From the NCBI GenBank assembly GCA_049975265.1, contig JBNGDF010000008.1, forward strand, positions 32,001 through 96,000: a stretch of DNA of 64,000 bases. Direction: 5' to 3'. Of the stretch, positions 28,443 through 38,362 are shown piece after piece. How positions within the stretch are numbered: the stretch's first letter is position 1; each line of letters begins with the position of its first letter. The notes below the pieces were generated by a model. That model was not told the origin of the DNA. It did no database searches and saw only the letters and a program-made list of their open reading frames with translations. Both the position numbers and the translations under genes were made by a program. This DNA comes from Fidelibacterota bacterium. Its GTDB lineage: Bacteria > Fidelibacterota > UBA2242.

Positions 28443-30044
28443 ATGAACCGGTACGGCTATATCGGGTACTTATTTCTCGGAGCGGTCATGCTGGTGATCG
28501 TGTTAAACTGTGCCAGAGAAACCACTACCTATAGCAATCCCATCATTCATGCCGATTATTCCGATCCGGATGTCATTCGTGTCGGGGACGATTTTTATAT
28601 GGTGTCATCCAGTTTCGCCCATACGCCGGGGTTACCGGTTCTGCAATCGAAGGATTTAGTGAACTGGAAAATTATCGGTCACGCAATAGAGAATTTGCCA
28701 CACAGAATTTACGAGAAACCGCAGCACGGGAAAGGCGTCTGGGCGCCGAGTATCCGGTACTATCAGGGCGAGTTCCGGATTTATTACGGTGATCCCGATT
28801 TCGGGATTTACATGGTTCGCGCTAAAAATCCCGCCGGTCCCTGGAAAAGACCGGTATTAATAAAAGCCGCCCAAGGGCGCATCGATCCCTGCCCCTTCTG
28901 GGATGATGACGGCAGCGGTTACCTGGTCCACGCCTGGGCGAAAAGCCGTTCCGGATTCAACAGCATTCTTACACTCTGCCGCCTGAATGAAGACGGGACC
29001 CGGATCACCGACGAGGGAACCACGATTTTCGATGGGCACACAAATCATCCGACCATCGAGGGACCGAAAATGTACAAACGGGATGGTTTTTACTATATCT
29101 TCGCCCCGGCGGGTGGTGTGAAGGAGGGCTGGCAGACGGTGCTGCGTTCGAAAAATATCTACGGTCCCTATGAGGATAAGATTGTTCTCGAGCAGGGCAG
29201 CACCAGGATCAACGGTCCGCATCAGGGTGCCTGGGTGCAGACCCAAGCCAGGGAATCGTGGTTTATCCATTTTCAGGATAAGGCTGCCTATGGACGGATT
29301 GTTCATCTGAATCCGGTGAAATGGGTTGCCGGCTGGCCGGTCATGGGAACAGATTTCGATGGCAACGGTATCGGCGAACCGGTGGCGGAATACAGGCTGC
29401 CATTGCCGGATGAAAAGGAAATCTTTGAAATTCAGACCGGTGATGAGTTTGAATCTGAGAACCTGGGACTGCAGTGGCAGTGGCAAGCCAATCATTCAGA
29501 TGAGTGGTATTCGCTTACCGACAAGCCGGGTTATCTGCGGCTGTATTCTGTTGAATTGCCGGAAGATAACGAAAATCTGTGGGATGTCGCAGCGATTCCG
29601 GCTCAGAAATTTCCGGCGGAAGAATTCGAAGTCACGACACGGTTGAGTCTCATGAGTGCCGGCGGAGACAGAGCCGGACTGGTGGTAATCGGATTGGATT
29701 ATGCTTGTCTCGCAATCTCCCGCAACGGCGCTGATTATTTTCTCACCTTTGCCGAATGTAAAAACGCAGACGCCGGGACAGCCGAAGTGGTTGTCGAGAG
29801 GATTCCGGTGCAGAATGCGGAGATTTTTCTCGGCGTTGCCGTTCGGAAAGGGGGACGCTGTTCCTTCAAATACAGCGAAGACGGTGCCCGATTCCATTCC
29901 ATCGGGCGGGAATTCCAGGCGCGCAAGGGTAAATGGGTTGGCGCTAAAGTCGGGTTGTTTTGTGCCCGCCAGGGTAACAAAAGCGGCGGCTATGTGGATA
30001 TTGATTTTTTCAGAATCGACCCTGGAGATCAGGGAAATGTATAA
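28443..30044 (+). CDS. Glycoside hydrolase family 43 with C-terminal beta-sandwich, probable lipoprotein
   Basis: DYSDPDVIRVG, WAPSI, IDPCPFWDDDG, IEGPK, PHQG; lipobox-like VLNC. Confidence 0.93.
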   Translation: MNRYGYIGYLFLGAVMLVIVLNCARETTTYSNPIIHADYSDPDVIRVGDDFYMVSSSFAHTPGLPVLQSKDLVNWKIIGHAIENLPHRIYEKPQHGKGVWAPSIRYYQGEFRIYYGDPDFGIYMVRAKNPAGPWKRPVLIKAAQGRIDPCPFWDDDGSGYLVHAWAKSRSGFNSILTLCRLNEDGTRITDEGTTIFDGHTNHPTIEGPKMYKRDGFYYIFAPAGGVKEGWQTVLRSKNIYGPYEDKIVLEQGSTRINGPHQGAWVQTQARESWFIHFQDKAAYGRIVHLNPVKWVAGWPVMGTDFDGNGIGEPVAEYRLPLPDEKEIFEIQTGDEFESENLGLQWQWQANHSDEWYSLTDKPGYLRLYSVELPEDNENLWDVAAIPAQKFPAEEFEVTTRLSLMSAGGDRAGLVVIGLDYACLAISRNGADYFLTFAECKNADAGTAEVVVERIPVQNAEIFLGVAVRKGGRCSFKYSEDGARFHSIGREFQARKGKWVGAKVGLFCARQGNKSGGYVDIDFFRIDPGDQGNV

Positions 30045-30092
30045 AGCAGGAGCCATGCTGTTTCTTGGCAGAATAAAAAAAAGGAGGGAAAG

Positions 30093-30146
30093 ATGAAGGA
30101 AAGAGTTATCGGAATGAATATTTTACAAAAGAGGAGGTTAAGATGA
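30093..30146 (+). CDS. 17-aa leader ORF (MKERVIGMNILQKRRLR) coupled to the repeat-protein gene
   Basis: Strong AAGGAGG RBS before ATG 30093; its TGA overlaps the ATG at 30143 (ATGA). Confidence 0.35.
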   Translation: MKERVIGMNILQKRRLR

Positions 30147-33100
30147 AGAAAAGTGCGATTTTTGGCGTAATCTGCATCGTATTCGCCTTGCTGGCTTTTA
30201 TACCTTTGAAAGCCCAGTGGCAGGTATACGATGGCAGTGTATTGCCGGCTGAGACCGGCAGCAGCGGCACTCTGGATATATCGAGTGTCAGCGATGACTC
30301 ACCCGGTCTTGACATGGTACAGGAAATTATTGATGATCCCGATATTCCGGGTAACAAAATTTTCAAGTACCTGCAGCCCAACGGCAAGACGAATTTCCGG
30401 CATTACTTTAGTGACACATATGCGGACTCGGCTTTTACGATTGTCGCCAGAGTAAAGGGAGATACGGCTTCGGTATTTGATCGTGCCTTTGATTTTGAAT
30501 GGCGCAACGGCAATGCCGGTACCCGGGATAAACTGCTGCTCTGGACCCAGGATAATCTGCTGGAGTTGGATAATAACGGTGCCAAGATTGATCCGGGAGT
30601 CAGTATTTCCGATTGGCATACTTATCGGATTACCGTGTTTGGAGATACGGCGACGATCTTCATTGATGAGAATCCGGTGCCGGTTCACAAAGCCGGTACG
30701 AGCAACTCCACTTCGGACAAATATTTCAAGATGGGCGACGGTTCCGGCGATGCCATCGGTGGCTATATGGACTGGTGTGCGCTGGATACTTCTGGGGCTT
30801 ATGCACCCGGTGAGGGTACACCTATTCCGGCGGAACTGTATGTTGATGGTACCCCGATCCCACCTTCTTGGAAGGTATACGACGGAAGTGTGCTACCAGG
30901 CGAAACAACCGGTGAGGGCGATAATCTGGATATATCGAGTGTCAGCGATGACTCACCCGGTCTTGACATGGTACAGGAAATTATTGATGATCCCGATATT
31001 CCGGGTAACAAAATTTTCAAGTACCTGCAGCCCAACGGCAAGACGAATTTCCGGCATTACTTTAGTGACACATATGCGGACTCGGCTTTTACGATTGTCG
31101 CCAGAGTAAAGGGAGATACGGCTTCGGTATTTGATCGTGCCTTTGATTTTGAATGGCGCAACGGCAATGCCGGTACCCGGGATAAACTGCTGCTCTGGAC
31201 CCAGGATAATCTGCTGGAGTTGGATAATAACGGTGCCAAGATTGATCCGGGAGTCAGTATTTCCGATTGGCATACTTATCGGATTACCGTGTTTGGAGAT
31301 ACGGCGACGATCTTCATTGATGAGAATCCGGTGCCGGTTCACAAAGCCGGTACGAGCAACTCCACTTCGGACAAATATTTCAAGATGGGCGACGGTTCCA
31401 GTGATGCCATTGGTGGCTATATGGATTGGTGTATCCTCGATGTGACCGGTGCTTATGCGCCCGGCGAAGGCGCGCCGATTCCGGCGTATCTCTACGTTGA
31501 TGGCGGACCGCCGCCGGCAAAATGGCTGGTCTATGATGCCGGTGTATTGCCCACTGAGACCGCAGATGCCGGTGGTGACACGCTGGATATATCGGATATC
31601 AGCGATGATTATCCGGGAACCGGCATGGTGGCGGAGATTATTAACGATCCGGATATTAGCGGGAACAAGTTATTCAAGTACCTGCAGCCGGATGGCAGAC
31701 TGACTTTCCGCCACTATTTTGATGAAAGTTATGAAGATTCGAACTTCACCATTGTAACCCGGATTAAGGGTGAAAACGATGCCGCTTATGACCGCGCCTT
31801 TGATATCCGCTGGGACAACGCCAATGCCGGCACCCGCGATGAATTGCGTATCTGGCCGGCGGACAGTACTCTGGAGCTGGAAAAAGCGGATGTTTCCATT
31901 AAACTGGACGTGGATTTTTATGTCTGGCACACTTTCCGAATAGTGGTCAATGGTGATCTTGCCGAAGTCTATCTGGATGAAAATCCGGAGCCGGTTATCA
32001 GCGGAATTACAACGGCTACCACCTCCAGTCAGTATCTGAAGATTGGGGACGGTTCCAGTGATGCCATTGGCGGTTATATGGATTGGTTAATTCTCGATGT
32101 TTCCGGCGCTTATGGTCCGGATCAGGGATTACCCATACCCGAAGGACTGTTTGTGGATCATAGTCCGGAACCCTACGTTCCCAAATGGCTGGTCTATGAT
32201 GCCGGCATCCTGCCGTCGGAAACAGCCGATTGCGGCGGCGATACGCTGGACCTCTCCAGTGTCAGTGACGATTCACCGGGAACCGGTCTCGTGGAAGAGA
32301 TTATTGATGATCCGGACATTACCGGAAATAAGCTGCTGAAGTACCTGCATCCCGATGGTAGAAAGATGTATCGTCACTATATGGATGAGGTAAATGCGGC
32401 AGAATCGATTACCCTGATGGCGCGGGTGAAAGGGGAACGCGATGCGACCTATGATCGCGCCTTTGACCTGCAGTGGCGCAATGCCAAAGCCAATGCCCGG
32501 GATGAACTGCGCATCTGGCCGGCAGACAGTACGCTGGAGCTGGAAAAAGCCGGTGTGGAAGTGAAAGTAGATATGGACCTCTATGAATGGCATACCTATC
32601 GGATTGCCGTTTATGGTGATTCGGCGGTGGTCTTCGTTGATGAATACGAAGAGCCCTATCTTACGGGTGTCAGCAGCGAAGCCACATCGGATCTGTATAT
32701 CAAGATTGGAGACGGTTCCAGCGACGCTGTTGGCGGATATCTGGATTGGTGTATTCTTGATATCTCCGGCGCCTTCGAGCCGGGTGAAGGATTGGCGATT
32801 CCGGCGGAGTTGTACGTAGATGAATTCGAATTCATTGCCCAGCCCGGCTGGAGAATCTATGACGGCAGTGTTCTGCCGACAGAAACCAGCGGTGGAGGTG
32901 ACAGTCTGGATATTTCCAATCTGAGTGAAGATTCGCCTGGCACAGATATGGTGGAGGTGATCGTTGATGATCCGGATATCTCCGGCAATAAGCTGTTCCA
33001 GTACGAGCAGCCCGGTCAATATGGTGAAAAACGGATGTACCGGTCGTACTTCAATGAATACTGGAAAGGGACCGAGTTTACGCTGATTTTCAGAACCAGG

Positions 33101-33784
33101 GCACTGGACGGTTACGATCAGAACTTCACCTTCCAGTGGCGACTGGACAATGCCAACGCCCGTGAAGACCTGCGATTCTATCCGCCCATTGGACGGTTAC
33201 TACTGGAAAAAGCAGATGTGGAGATCTTCCCGGAATTCAGTTTTCTGGATTGGCACACCTATCGGGTTGCCGTATATGGCGATTCAACAGCCGTGTATCT
33301 CGATGAAGACCCGGTACCGATCATGACCGGCAAAACCAGCGACGGAACGTCGGATCACTATTTCAAATTTGGTGATCGCGGCTCCGGTACGGTTGGCGGG
33401 TTACTCGATTGGATGATAATGGATATCTCCGGTGCCTATGCACCTGGTGAAGGGGTCCCGATTCCGGAAGGACTCTACGTGGATGTTCCGGACGCAGTTG
33501 AAGATGTTGCGGTTCTGCCCAAAGCCTTCAAACTGTCCCAGAACTATCCGAATCCCTTCAATCCAACTACGGTCATTCAGTATGAAGTACCGCGTCAGAG
33601 CAAAGTCGTCATCAAACTCTACGATATGCTTGGCAAAGAGGTGCTGACGATGGTGAACAAAGAACAGCCGGCGGGTCGGTATTCTCTGACACTCGACGCC
33701 AATCGTTTAGCCAGCGGTATCTACTTCTACAACATGCAGGCTGACAACTTCATTCAGACAAAGAAAATGGTCTTACTGAAGTAA
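30143..33784 (+). CDS. Large acidic secreted protein with five tandem ~218-aa beta-rich repeats and C-terminal sorting domain
   Basis: Signal peptide; units begin W.[VI]YD..[VI]LP.ET at 30218, 30869, 31523, 32186, 32849; conserved DPDI.GNK, WHT[YF]R, GD.....GG..DW; CTD QNYPNPFNP...KKMVLLK. Confidence 0.92.
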   Translation: MKKSAIFGVICIVFALLAFIPLKAQWQVYDGSVLPAETGSSGTLDISSVSDDSPGLDMVQEIIDDPDIPGNKIFKYLQPNGKTNFRHYFSDTYADSAFTIVARVKGDTASVFDRAFDFEWRNGNAGTRDKLLLWTQDNLLELDNNGAKIDPGVSISDWHTYRITVFGDTATIFIDENPVPVHKAGTSNSTSDKYFKMGDGSGDAIGGYMDWCALDTSGAYAPGEGTPIPAELYVDGTPIPPSWKVYDGSVLPGETTGEGDNLDISSVSDDSPGLDMVQEIIDDPDIPGNKIFKYLQPNGKTNFRHYFSDTYADSAFTIVARVKGDTASVFDRAFDFEWRNGNAGTRDKLLLWTQDNLLELDNNGAKIDPGVSISDWHTYRITVFGDTATIFIDENPVPVHKAGTSNSTSDKYFKMGDGSSDAIGGYMDWCILDVTGAYAPGEGAPIPAYLYVDGGPPPAKWLVYDAGVLPTETADAGGDTLDISDISDDYPGTGMVAEIINDPDISGNKLFKYLQPDGRLTFRHYFDESYEDSNFTIVTRIKGENDAAYDRAFDIRWDNANAGTRDELRIWPADSTLELEKADVSIKLDVDFYVWHTFRIVVNGDLAEVYLDENPEPVISGITTATTSSQYLKIGDGSSDAIGGYMDWLILDVSGAYGPDQGLPIPEGLFVDHSPEPYVPKWLVYDAGILPSETADCGGDTLDLSSVSDDSPGTGLVEEIIDDPDITGNKLLKYLHPDGRKMYRHYMDEVNAAESITLMARVKGERDATYDRAFDLQWRNAKANARDELRIWPADSTLELEKAGVEVKVDMDLYEWHTYRIAVYGDSAVVFVDEYEEPYLTGVSSEATSDLYIKIGDGSSDAVGGYLDWCILDISGAFEPGEGLAIPAELYVDEFEFIAQPGWRIYDGSVLPTETSGGGDSLDISNLSEDSPGTDMVEVIVDDPDISGNKLFQYEQPGQYGEKRMYRSYFNEYWKGTEFTLIFRTRALDGYDQNFTFQWRLDNANAREDLRFYPPIGRLLLEKADVEIFPEFSFLDWHTYRVAVYGDSTAVYLDEDPVPIMTGKTSDGTSDHYFKFGDRGSGTVGGLLDWMIMDISGAYAPGEGVPIPEGLYVDVPDAVEDVAVLPKAFKLSQNYPNPFNPTTVIQYEVPRQSKVVIKLYDMLGKEVLTMVNKEQPAGRYSLTLDANRLASGIYFYNMQADNFIQTKKMVLLK
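30271..31399 (+). repeat. Identical 475-bp direct repeat (30271-30745 and 30925-31399, period 654 bp) inside the repeat-protein gene
   Basis: Sequences match by eye; identical shadow ORFs at 30299/30953 and 30403/31057 (offset 654). Confidence 0.92.
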
Positions 33785-33842
33785 TGCTGAACAACGGAAT
33801 CCAGTGGTATTGATAAAGGTGAACAATACGGTGACTCAATTT

Positions 33843-35846
33843 ATGTCCAGGCGCCGGTGTAATATGAATACGGTTTTCGCGGTGGTATTACTGATTCTGT
33901 CCAATGCTGCTTTGCCAGCCCAGGATCTGAAAACGTATCAGGCGGAAAACGCCATTTTCTACCATGCGAAAATCGAAACAGAACATGCCGGTTTCTCCGG
34001 AAACGGCTATGTCAATTTTGACAATGAAACCGGCAGCTACATCGAGTTCACCGTTTTTATGGCAGACACGGATACTCAAACGGTCTATATCCGGTACGCC
34101 AACGGTGCCGTCAGTGCACGCCCGATGGAGATTGCTATTGATTCCGTCGGATTGGCTGAGATGCCGGATTTCAATCCCACCGGCGCCTGGACAAATTGGG
34201 CTCTGGATTCCGTTAGACTGACTTTGGTTGCGGGGACGAACAGAATACGCTTTACCAGCGCCTCCGGTGACGGCGGTCCAAACATCGATCGGATCGATGT
34301 AACCGGCACACCGGGGGTGGTGCTTTACAGCCTGGATCTCAACGTTATCGGTTCCGGCAGCGTTGAGATCGCGCCCCCGGATACCATTTTCCCCGAGGGA
34401 ATGCAAGTTGAAATATTCGCCCGCCCGGATTCCGGCTGGAGTTTCCGGGAATGGCGGGGCGATACCAGCAGCACAGATAATCCCTTTGATTTCATAATGA
34501 ATTCCAACCTGCGGATCACCGCACTGTTTATTGCGGATTTCGACACCGCTTATCAATGCGAGGAAAGTCCGGTCGGTTTTGCCGCGGTAGATACGCTGGG
34601 TCAAAACGGGACCTATGGCGGAGCCAGGGGCGATACCGTTGTCGTGACAACCGGGGCGGAGCTGTTTCAGATTCTCGATTCCCGGCGGGATGCACGGTTT
34701 GACCAGAATCATCCGCCGCTGGTGATTATGGTGCGGGGTAAATTGACCTGGACCGAAAAAGCGATGATGGATTTCAAGGAAAATTACGATGTTTCCCTTA
34801 TCGGCGAGGGATCGGATGCCCAGATTGAAGGTTTCGGTCTGAATCTGTTCCGCAGCCACAATATCGTTATCCGCAATATTGAGTTTCGCAATGCACCCGA
34901 CGACTGCATCAACATTACCGATCCGTTGTCACATCATATCTGGATTGATCACTGCACCTTTTCCGATTCACCGGATAACGATCCCGGTGGCGATCGCCAC
35001 GACGGCTTGCTGGATATCAAACACGGCGCCAGCTATATTACCGTATCCTGGTGTCATTTTTACAATCACCGCAAATCGAACCTGATCGGGCACTCGGAAA
35101 ATAACGGCGACGAAGATATCGGCAGATTGAAAATTACCTATCACCACAACTGGTGGGAAAATACCGTGTCCCGGAATCCGCGTACCCGTTTCGGTGAAAT
35201 CCATGTTTTCAATAATTTTTATGACAATTCTGCCAATATTATGTCATATGGTGTCGGGGTGACCTGCTATGCTCATGTATTGGTGGAGGCGAATTATTTT
35301 GAGAGCGTGCCGATTCCCGTACTGATTTCCCAGGTCAATGACGACTACGGAACGCTCAGCGGTAATCCCGCCGGATATGCCATGGCGGTTGCCAATTATG
35401 CGGTGGACTCGGGACCTATCGTTGAGTATCTCGGGAATTATGATTTCGATCCCGGAGGTTATTACGACTATCAGCCCGATGATCCGACGCTGCTGCCGGT
35501 CTTGATACCGGCGCTGGCTGGCAGCGGTAAACTGGATGCGCAAATACCGGTGGCAACCATTGGCAATCCGGGTCGGCAGGCAGAACATTTTACCCTGTCG
35601 CAGAATTATCCCAATCCCTTTAACCCGGTGACCCAAGTCGAATATATGTTGCCGAAAGACGATTTTGTAAATTTGACGGTCTACAATTTAACCGGTCAGG
35701 TTGTTCAATGTCTGGTTGCCGAAGCCCAATCAGCCGGCTCCTATATGGTGCCCTTTGATGCCTCGGAGATGCCCAGCGGGATGTATCTCTACCGGCTGCA
35801 GGTGGGCAATCAGGTGAAAACCCGTAAAATGATGTTGTTGAAATGA
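33843..35846 (+). CDS. Pectate lyase PL1 with N-terminal CBM35-like module, InlB B-repeat-like linker and C-terminal sorting domain
   Basis: YQAENA..HAGFSGNGYVNF..RYANG..PNID (CBM6/35); GWSFREWRGD (B-repeat); NIVIRNIEF, IWIDH, DGLLD, RNPRTRFG (PL1); QNYPNPFNP; start uncertain (33804-33864). Confidence 0.92.
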   Translation: MSRRRCNMNTVFAVVLLILSNAALPAQDLKTYQAENAIFYHAKIETEHAGFSGNGYVNFDNETGSYIEFTVFMADTDTQTVYIRYANGAVSARPMEIAIDSVGLAEMPDFNPTGAWTNWALDSVRLTLVAGTNRIRFTSASGDGGPNIDRIDVTGTPGVVLYSLDLNVIGSGSVEIAPPDTIFPEGMQVEIFARPDSGWSFREWRGDTSSTDNPFDFIMNSNLRITALFIADFDTAYQCEESPVGFAAVDTLGQNGTYGGARGDTVVVTTGAELFQILDSRRDARFDQNHPPLVIMVRGKLTWTEKAMMDFKENYDVSLIGEGSDAQIEGFGLNLFRSHNIVIRNIEFRNAPDDCINITDPLSHHIWIDHCTFSDSPDNDPGGDRHDGLLDIKHGASYITVSWCHFYNHRKSNLIGHSENNGDEDIGRLKITYHHNWWENTVSRNPRTRFGEIHVFNNFYDNSANIMSYGVGVTCYAHVLVEANYFESVPIPVLISQVNDDYGTLSGNPAGYAMAVANYAVDSGPIVEYLGNYDFDPGGYYDYQPDDPTLLPVLIPALAGSGKLDAQIPVATIGNPGRQAEHFTLSQNYPNPFNPVTQVEYMLPKDDFVNLTVYNLTGQVVQCLVAEAQSAGSYMVPFDASEMPSGMYLYRLQVGNQVKTRKMMLLK

Positions 35847-37111
35847 GAAAAAAATTTCGGCAGATCGGATTGAATAGCGTTTTAGCAGGCATCTTACTGC
35901 TGCTGAATACAGTACCGCTTATCGCCCGCTGTACGGCGGATATTTGGGTTGATCAAAACGGTCAGGGAGATTTCGAAACAGTAACGGAAGCCATTCAATC
36001 ACTGCCCGTTTTTAATTATGAGCGAACAACAATCTTTCTTAAGAAAGGCGTCTACACCGAAAAGATCAGGATTGACTGTGATTACATTACCTTGAGTGGC
36101 GAGAGCCGGGCGGAGACGATCATTCGCTATGCGCAATTGCGTTTGGATTGGGAGAAAGATAAAGACGCCATCGGGCCGGCGGTGGTCAATATCCATGCTG
36201 ATGATGTGATCTTAGAAAATGTTACCATCGAAAATACGCAGCCGGAGATCGGACCCCATGCCTTTGTGATATACGGCACCGGTACGCGGACAATCATTCA
36301 GCATTGTAATGTCCACAGCCGCGGAGGTGATACCATTGCCCTCTGGAATTATAAAGAGGGAAAATACTATCTAGCGGATTGCAGCATCAGCGGCGCAGTG
36401 GATTTTGTCTGTCCCAGAGGCTGGTGCTTTATGTGCGATTGTCAACTGTATGAACATAAACCGACCGCCGCGCTCTGGCATGCCGGGGGCTACTGCCGCG
36501 ATCAGAAATTTGTCATTGTGAATTCGAAATTTGACGGTGTTTCGGGTTTCAAACTGGGGCGGCATCATTACGAAGCCCAGTTTTATCTGGTGAACTGTCA
36601 ATTCTCAGAAGCGCTGAGCGATGTGCCGATCTATTATGTTTTCTATCCGGATGCACCGGAACGCAACCGACCTTTTAATTGGGGTGCCCGCTACCATTTT
36701 TATAATTGCCAACGGCAAGGTGGTGATTATGACTGGTTTGCGGATAATTTACAGGAAGCCGACGGTTCGCCCGAAGCCGCCGATCTGACTGCTGCCTGGA
36801 CATTCGCCGGAGACTGGGACCCGGAATCGCCGGCGGGTCCGGTGGTCCGGAATTATACGATCCAGGGAAATCGGGTAATCTTTCAATTTAGTGAAATTGT
36901 CAGCGTCAGCGGCTGTCCGAAATTACACACAGCGACCGGAATATCGCTTATTTACCATTCCGGTGGCGGATCGGATACAATACGTTTCGACAGTGCTACG
37001 CCGCTTAAAAGAGAAGATTTGAAAGCGCCGTTACAGATAAGTAATGGTCAATTGACCGGCACGGTGGCGGCGGTGAAACCGCGTCCGGTGGATTTCAGAT
37101 TGAAGATTTAA
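35843..37111 (+). CDS. Pectin methylesterase, CE8, with C-terminal extension
   Basis: GDFETVTEAI, KKGVYTEKI, GGDTI, GAVDFVCPRG, LGRHH. Confidence 0.9.
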   Translation: MRKKFRQIGLNSVLAGILLLLNTVPLIARCTADIWVDQNGQGDFETVTEAIQSLPVFNYERTTIFLKKGVYTEKIRIDCDYITLSGESRAETIIRYAQLRLDWEKDKDAIGPAVVNIHADDVILENVTIENTQPEIGPHAFVIYGTGTRTIIQHCNVHSRGGDTIALWNYKEGKYYLADCSISGAVDFVCPRGWCFMCDCQLYEHKPTAALWHAGGYCRDQKFVIVNSKFDGVSGFKLGRHHYEAQFYLVNCQFSEALSDVPIYYVFYPDAPERNRPFNWGARYHFYNCQRQGGDYDWFADNLQEADGSPEAADLTAAWTFAGDWDPESPAGPVVRNYTIQGNRVIFQFSEIVSVSGCPKLHTATGISLIYHSGGGSDTIRFDSATPLKREDLKAPLQISNGQLTGTVAAVKPRPVDFRLKI

Positions 37112-37124
37112 ACAGAGAGAGCCA

Positions 37125-38294
37125 GTGATTCAGCGCGTTTTTAAAATACTTAATATGGTGAGCCGGACAATCGTTCTGCCGCTGGTCGCTCTTCTTATGT
37201 TTGTCCCGAATGAGCCGCTGAATTCCCAGAATTATGAGTACCGGACAACAGAACAGACCACTCAGTCGGAATTGTGGGCAGACCTTCTGGCGCATGAAGC
37301 GGATTGGTATGCTTCACCGGAAGCGATCCGGATTGCCGAAAATGTATTGCTATATCAACGCAGCTCCGGTGGCTGGCCGAAAAATATTGACTATACCGAG
37401 CTCCTCAGTGCTGTCCAGAAAAAGGAGCTGCGGGACTATACCGACGAACCGCTGGCGACGATTGACAATGGTGCCACCTATACCCAGATGCGTTATCTGG
37501 CGAAAGTCTACGCTCCGACGAAGGATAAGCGCTACTGTCTGGCGTTTTTAAAAGGTCTGGATTATCTGTTGAAGGCGCAGTATGAAAACGGTGGCTGGCC
37601 GCAGTATTATCCGCTGCGTAAGGGGTACTATTCCCACATCACTTACAACGATGATGCGATGGTTGGCGTCATGCGTCTGCTGCGGGATATTGCCGCCGGG
37701 CGGAGTGAGTACCGGTTTGTCGATGAAAAGCGGCGTTCGATGGCGCAAAAAGCGGTTGCCAAAGGCATTGAATGTATTCTCAAGACCCAGGTGGTTGTCA
37801 ACGGAGAATTGACTGCCTGGTGCGCTCAACATGATGTCGCGACGCTGAAACCGGCGCGGGGACGGGCGTACGAGCTGCCCTCACTAAGCGGAAAAGAGAC
37901 CGTCGGAATTATCCGTTTCCTGATGGGAATCGAGAATCCGTCGCAGCAAGTCATTGAGGCTGTCGAAAGCGCCGTTGATTGGTTACAGATGGTGAAAATT
38001 GAAGGAATCCGGCGAAAAATCGTGCCGAATCACCGGAGTCCCACCGGATATGACAAGGTGGTGGTGCCGGACCCGGGTGCGCCGCCGATCTGGGCGCGGT
38101 TTTACCAGATTGGGACAAACCGACCCTTTTTCAGTGATCGCGACGGCAAGATGTACTTTCATCTGGCGGACATATCGCTGGAAAGACGAGTCAAGTACGG
38201 CTGGCTGGGTTACTGGCCGCAGGAGCTTCTGGAAAACGATTATCCCCGCTGGAACGCCCGTTATGTAGCCGGGAAACACATGCCGGAACAATAA
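37125..38294 (+). CDS. pelA: Pectate lyase, PL10 family
   Basis: GGWPKN, TIDNGAT, GGWPQYYP, ITYNDDAM, WCAQH, RAYELPSL, WARFY. Confidence 0.94.
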   Translation: MIQRVFKILNMVSRTIVLPLVALLMFVPNEPLNSQNYEYRTTEQTTQSELWADLLAHEADWYASPEAIRIAENVLLYQRSSGGWPKNIDYTELLSAVQKKELRDYTDEPLATIDNGATYTQMRYLAKVYAPTKDKRYCLAFLKGLDYLLKAQYENGGWPQYYPLRKGYYSHITYNDDAMVGVMRLLRDIAAGRSEYRFVDEKRRSMAQKAVAKGIECILKTQVVVNGELTAWCAQHDVATLKPARGRAYELPSLSGKETVGIIRFLMGIENPSQQVIEAVESAVDWLQMVKIEGIRRKIVPNHRSPTGYDKVVVPDPGAPPIWARFYQIGTNRPFFSDRDGKMYFHLADISLERRVKYGWLGYWPQELLENDYPRWNARYVAGKHMPEQ

Positions 38295-38362
38295 TAGTAA
38301 ATGAGCAGGCTGATTGCGGGAGTGTGTGAGAAAATTGAGATGTGAACGATAGGAGACATGTG

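Noticed and set aside
30093..30110. Leader peptide begins MKERVI, same as the GH28 N-terminus
   Set aside because: Most codons differ and the match is only six residues; treated as coincidence
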